A stretch of 64,000 nt of DNA from Tubiluchus corallicola (Eukaryota; Animalia; Priapulida): assembly GCA_030141605.1 (NCBI GenBank), contig JAQGDQ010000241.1, forward strand, positions 62,001 to 126,000, in the 5' to 3' direction. The notes below the pieces were generated by a model. The model saw nothing but the letters and a program-made list of their open reading frames with translations, did no database searches and was not told where the DNA came from. Both the position numbers and the translations under genes were made by a program. Of the stretch, positions 63,201-64,000 are shown in pieces (positions within the stretch are counted from its first letter, which is position 1; each line of letters opens with the position of its first letter).

Positions 63201-63793
63201 TAACAATGCGCTGCTGATAAGTTGGACACTAGTGCTAGAGTTTCAGAAGTCAGCACCGTTTGAACGATAATATCCTTCGTCTGGCAATTCTGTCACCTAC
63301 GTATGCAAGTTCAATAATACTATCTGTTCTCCCGATCAAGACTGCTTTTGTTCTCTTAAATTTTATCTTTTTCTTCGTAGTTTTGTGTCTTTCACTCTCT
63401 TAAATTTTTCGTTGTGTGGAGCTCAACTTATTTATTTATCTAAAAATTTACATTATTTACTTAAATTTGTAATTCACAACACCATCTTCGTACTTGTAAG
63501 TACATATCTTTAGAAAAAAATACAACTGACTTATTTTGTTTTTCAGTGAAATATACACGATCAGACTTCCACCTGTAGGCCACTATAGATTGCGTGTGCT
63601 CACTAACACTGCCATGGGTGTAAGCGCCCCTAGCAGAGAGACGTCAGAATGTCCTGGTAGAGGGGGTGGTCAGAGTGTCGACTTAAATCCTGAAATCAAT
63701 GAAGTAGACGCGGAAAGTGGCTCATCGCATAGCGCCATCTATTGTTGCTTACTAACAATTTTGTGCTTATTGTTGATAACTTGTGTGGTGTAA
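45181..63793 (+). CDS. Neuroglian/L1CAM-related cell-surface protein, 626 aa: signal-Ig1-4-Kazal-FN3-GPI-type tail
   Basis: Exons 45181-45238, 52999-53116, 54319-54479, 55928-56095, 57057-57357, 58183-58364, 58837-58968, 59839-59985, 60873-60966, 61290-61354, 62486-62693, 63547-63793; sum 1881 nt, phases consistent, no internal stop; L1-family motifs (DEGAYQC, GDLHILSV, IECIFGGNPLP, YQCNATNKHG..NAYV). Confidence 0.85.
46008..46272. repeat. Pentanucleotide (TTGAA/ACTGA)n microsatellite
   Basis: Visible in sequence. Confidence 0.85.
46640..47040. mobile_element. Fold-back of two inverted Penelope-like terminal repeats, each carrying a hammerhead motif
   Basis: Arms are reverse complements (agacgatcgtttccacagcaactgtcattttcaatgcta versus tagcattgaaaatgacagttgctgtcgaaacgatcgtct); centre near 46870. 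Confidence 0.75.
46981..47019 (+). ncRNA. Minimal type-I hammerhead ribozyme motif (U3-A8 core variant)
   Basis: GCA-TTGAAAA-T-GACAG/TTG/CTGTC-GAAAC-GATC-GTC^TGC: stems I, II and palindromic III all pair; AATAAA at 47023. Confidence 0.6.
49082..49130. repeat. (TTATTC)n hexanucleotide repeat
   Basis: Visible in sequence. Confidence 0.85.
52999..53116 (+). CDS. Ig gene exon, Ig1 N-terminal half
   Basis: VGEAPKPPMFTKLPPREVVFTPGTNMTLSCRAAGEPKP; AG|gtcagt. Confidence 0.88.
53328..53872. repeat. 143-bp tandem repeat, about 3.8 near-identical copies, intronic
   Basis: CTGTATGACATCC recurs at 53341, 53484, 53627 and 53770. Confidence 0.92.
54319..54479 (+). CDS. Ig gene exon, Ig1 C-terminal half
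   Basis: YSWLKDD...DLKESDEGAYQCAVDNNLGLAVS; A|gtaagt. Confidence 0.9.
54510..54772. repeat. (CTTAC)n-type pentanucleotide microsatellite
   Basis: Visible in sequence. Confidence 0.88.
55928..56095 (+). CDS. Ig gene exon, Ig2 N-terminal half
   Basis: VVLGQPLTLKCPPTEKSFPPPKIVW; G|gtaac. Confidence 0.88.
57057..57357 (+). CDS. Ig gene exon, Ig2 C-terminal half and Ig3 start
   Basis: IDLKGDLHILSVQAEDTGKLYQC...IHIECIFGG; AA|gtaagt. Confidence 0.87.
58183..58364 (+). CDS. Ig gene exon, Ig3
   Basis: PLPTVTWRR...LVIPNATYKDSGVYECTGTNSVG. Confidence 0.9.
58837..58968 (+). CDS. Ig gene exon, Ig4 N-terminal half
   Basis: APYLVKP...ELECPVYAVPRPHIQWYRNGIP; G|gtaagc. Confidence 0.9.
59839..59985 (+). 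CDS. Ig gene exon, Ig4 C-terminal half
   Basis: TAVYQCNATNKHGNLFQNAYVYIA; A|gtaagt. Confidence 0.9.
60065..60400. mobile_element. Fold-back with outward-facing degenerate hammerhead-like ends (Penelope-like)
   Basis: Arms about 60065-60200 and 60240-60375; + end TCC-CTGATGG...GAAAC-ACGT-GTA-GGA; - end CAGGTCGACACACGTGCAGGA..AATAAA. Confidence 0.55.
60873..60966 (+). CDS. Ig gene exon, Kazal domain part 1
   Basis: tttttccag|AT; NCPACPPTPIPLCGNDSYTYNSHCTMQMKNC; AT|gtaagt. Confidence 0.85.
61290..61354 (+). CDS. Ig gene exon, Kazal domain part 2
   Basis: ctctttcag|A; IKGTNVAPLHCGVCEDPAAKND; phase 2 in and phase 1 out, bridging to the FN3 exon. Confidence 0.75.
62486..62693 (+). CDS. Ig gene exon, FN3 N-terminal half (contains KRGDS)
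   Basis: VPRPPREVQIKSC...AEVMWQRMNDFCVPILSYIIE...W. Confidence 0.88.
62986..63024. repeat. (TTC)n microsatellite
   Basis: Visible in sequence. Confidence 0.9.
63547..63793 (+). CDS. Ig gene terminal exon, FN3 C-terminal half and hydrophobic C-terminus
   Basis: LPPVGHYRLRVLTNTAMGVSAPSRETSEC...ESGSSHSAIYCCLLTILCLLLITCVV*. Confidence 0.88.
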
Positions 63794-64000
63794 CTTAAAA
63801 CAAAATTAAAATAATAATTATTGTCAAATTGTATGTATACTATGTAGGCCTACTGTGATTCTTTCTTAATGTTTTGTGCTATTGCGTTGTTAAAACTCAG
63901 AAGTGTTTATAATAATTGTAAAAAATAATTACATTACATTTATAGTTTAAGAAACTGGTTACCTTCTAAGAGACATGAAATCTGGTGAAGTTGGTCACGA

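Overview
AT-rich eukaryotic genomic DNA from an invertebrate animal (taxon not determinable from sequence), with spliced genes, all on the + strand. Four genes were reconstructed by hand from GT-AG junctions with consistent intron phases. (1) The 3' end of an EGF-repeat gene (290-3333) with an Arg/Gly-rich tail. (2) Its complete tandem paralogue (8577/8704-22258, about 1050 aa): signal peptide, somatomedin-B-like domain, 23 EGF modules (14 in one exon) and a (GR)8 cationic tail, with no transmembrane segment. (3) A two-exon MANBAL/UPF0239 gene (28591-31296). (4) A 12-exon, 626-aa neuroglian/L1-derived gene (45181-63793) with an unusual layout: signal, 4 Ig, Kazal, one FN3 carrying RGDS, and a GPI-type tail. 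There is also a candidate small secreted-peptide gene (40153-40505) and a tRNA-Pro(AGG) on the - strand. Repeats include decayed L2/CR1-type LINE fragments, MITE-like inverted-repeat elements, tRNA-like heads, satellites, and several fold-back elements ending in Penelope-type minimal hammerhead ribozyme motifs. Gene models are sequence-only predictions with no transcript support; family assignments rest on recalled motifs, not database searches.
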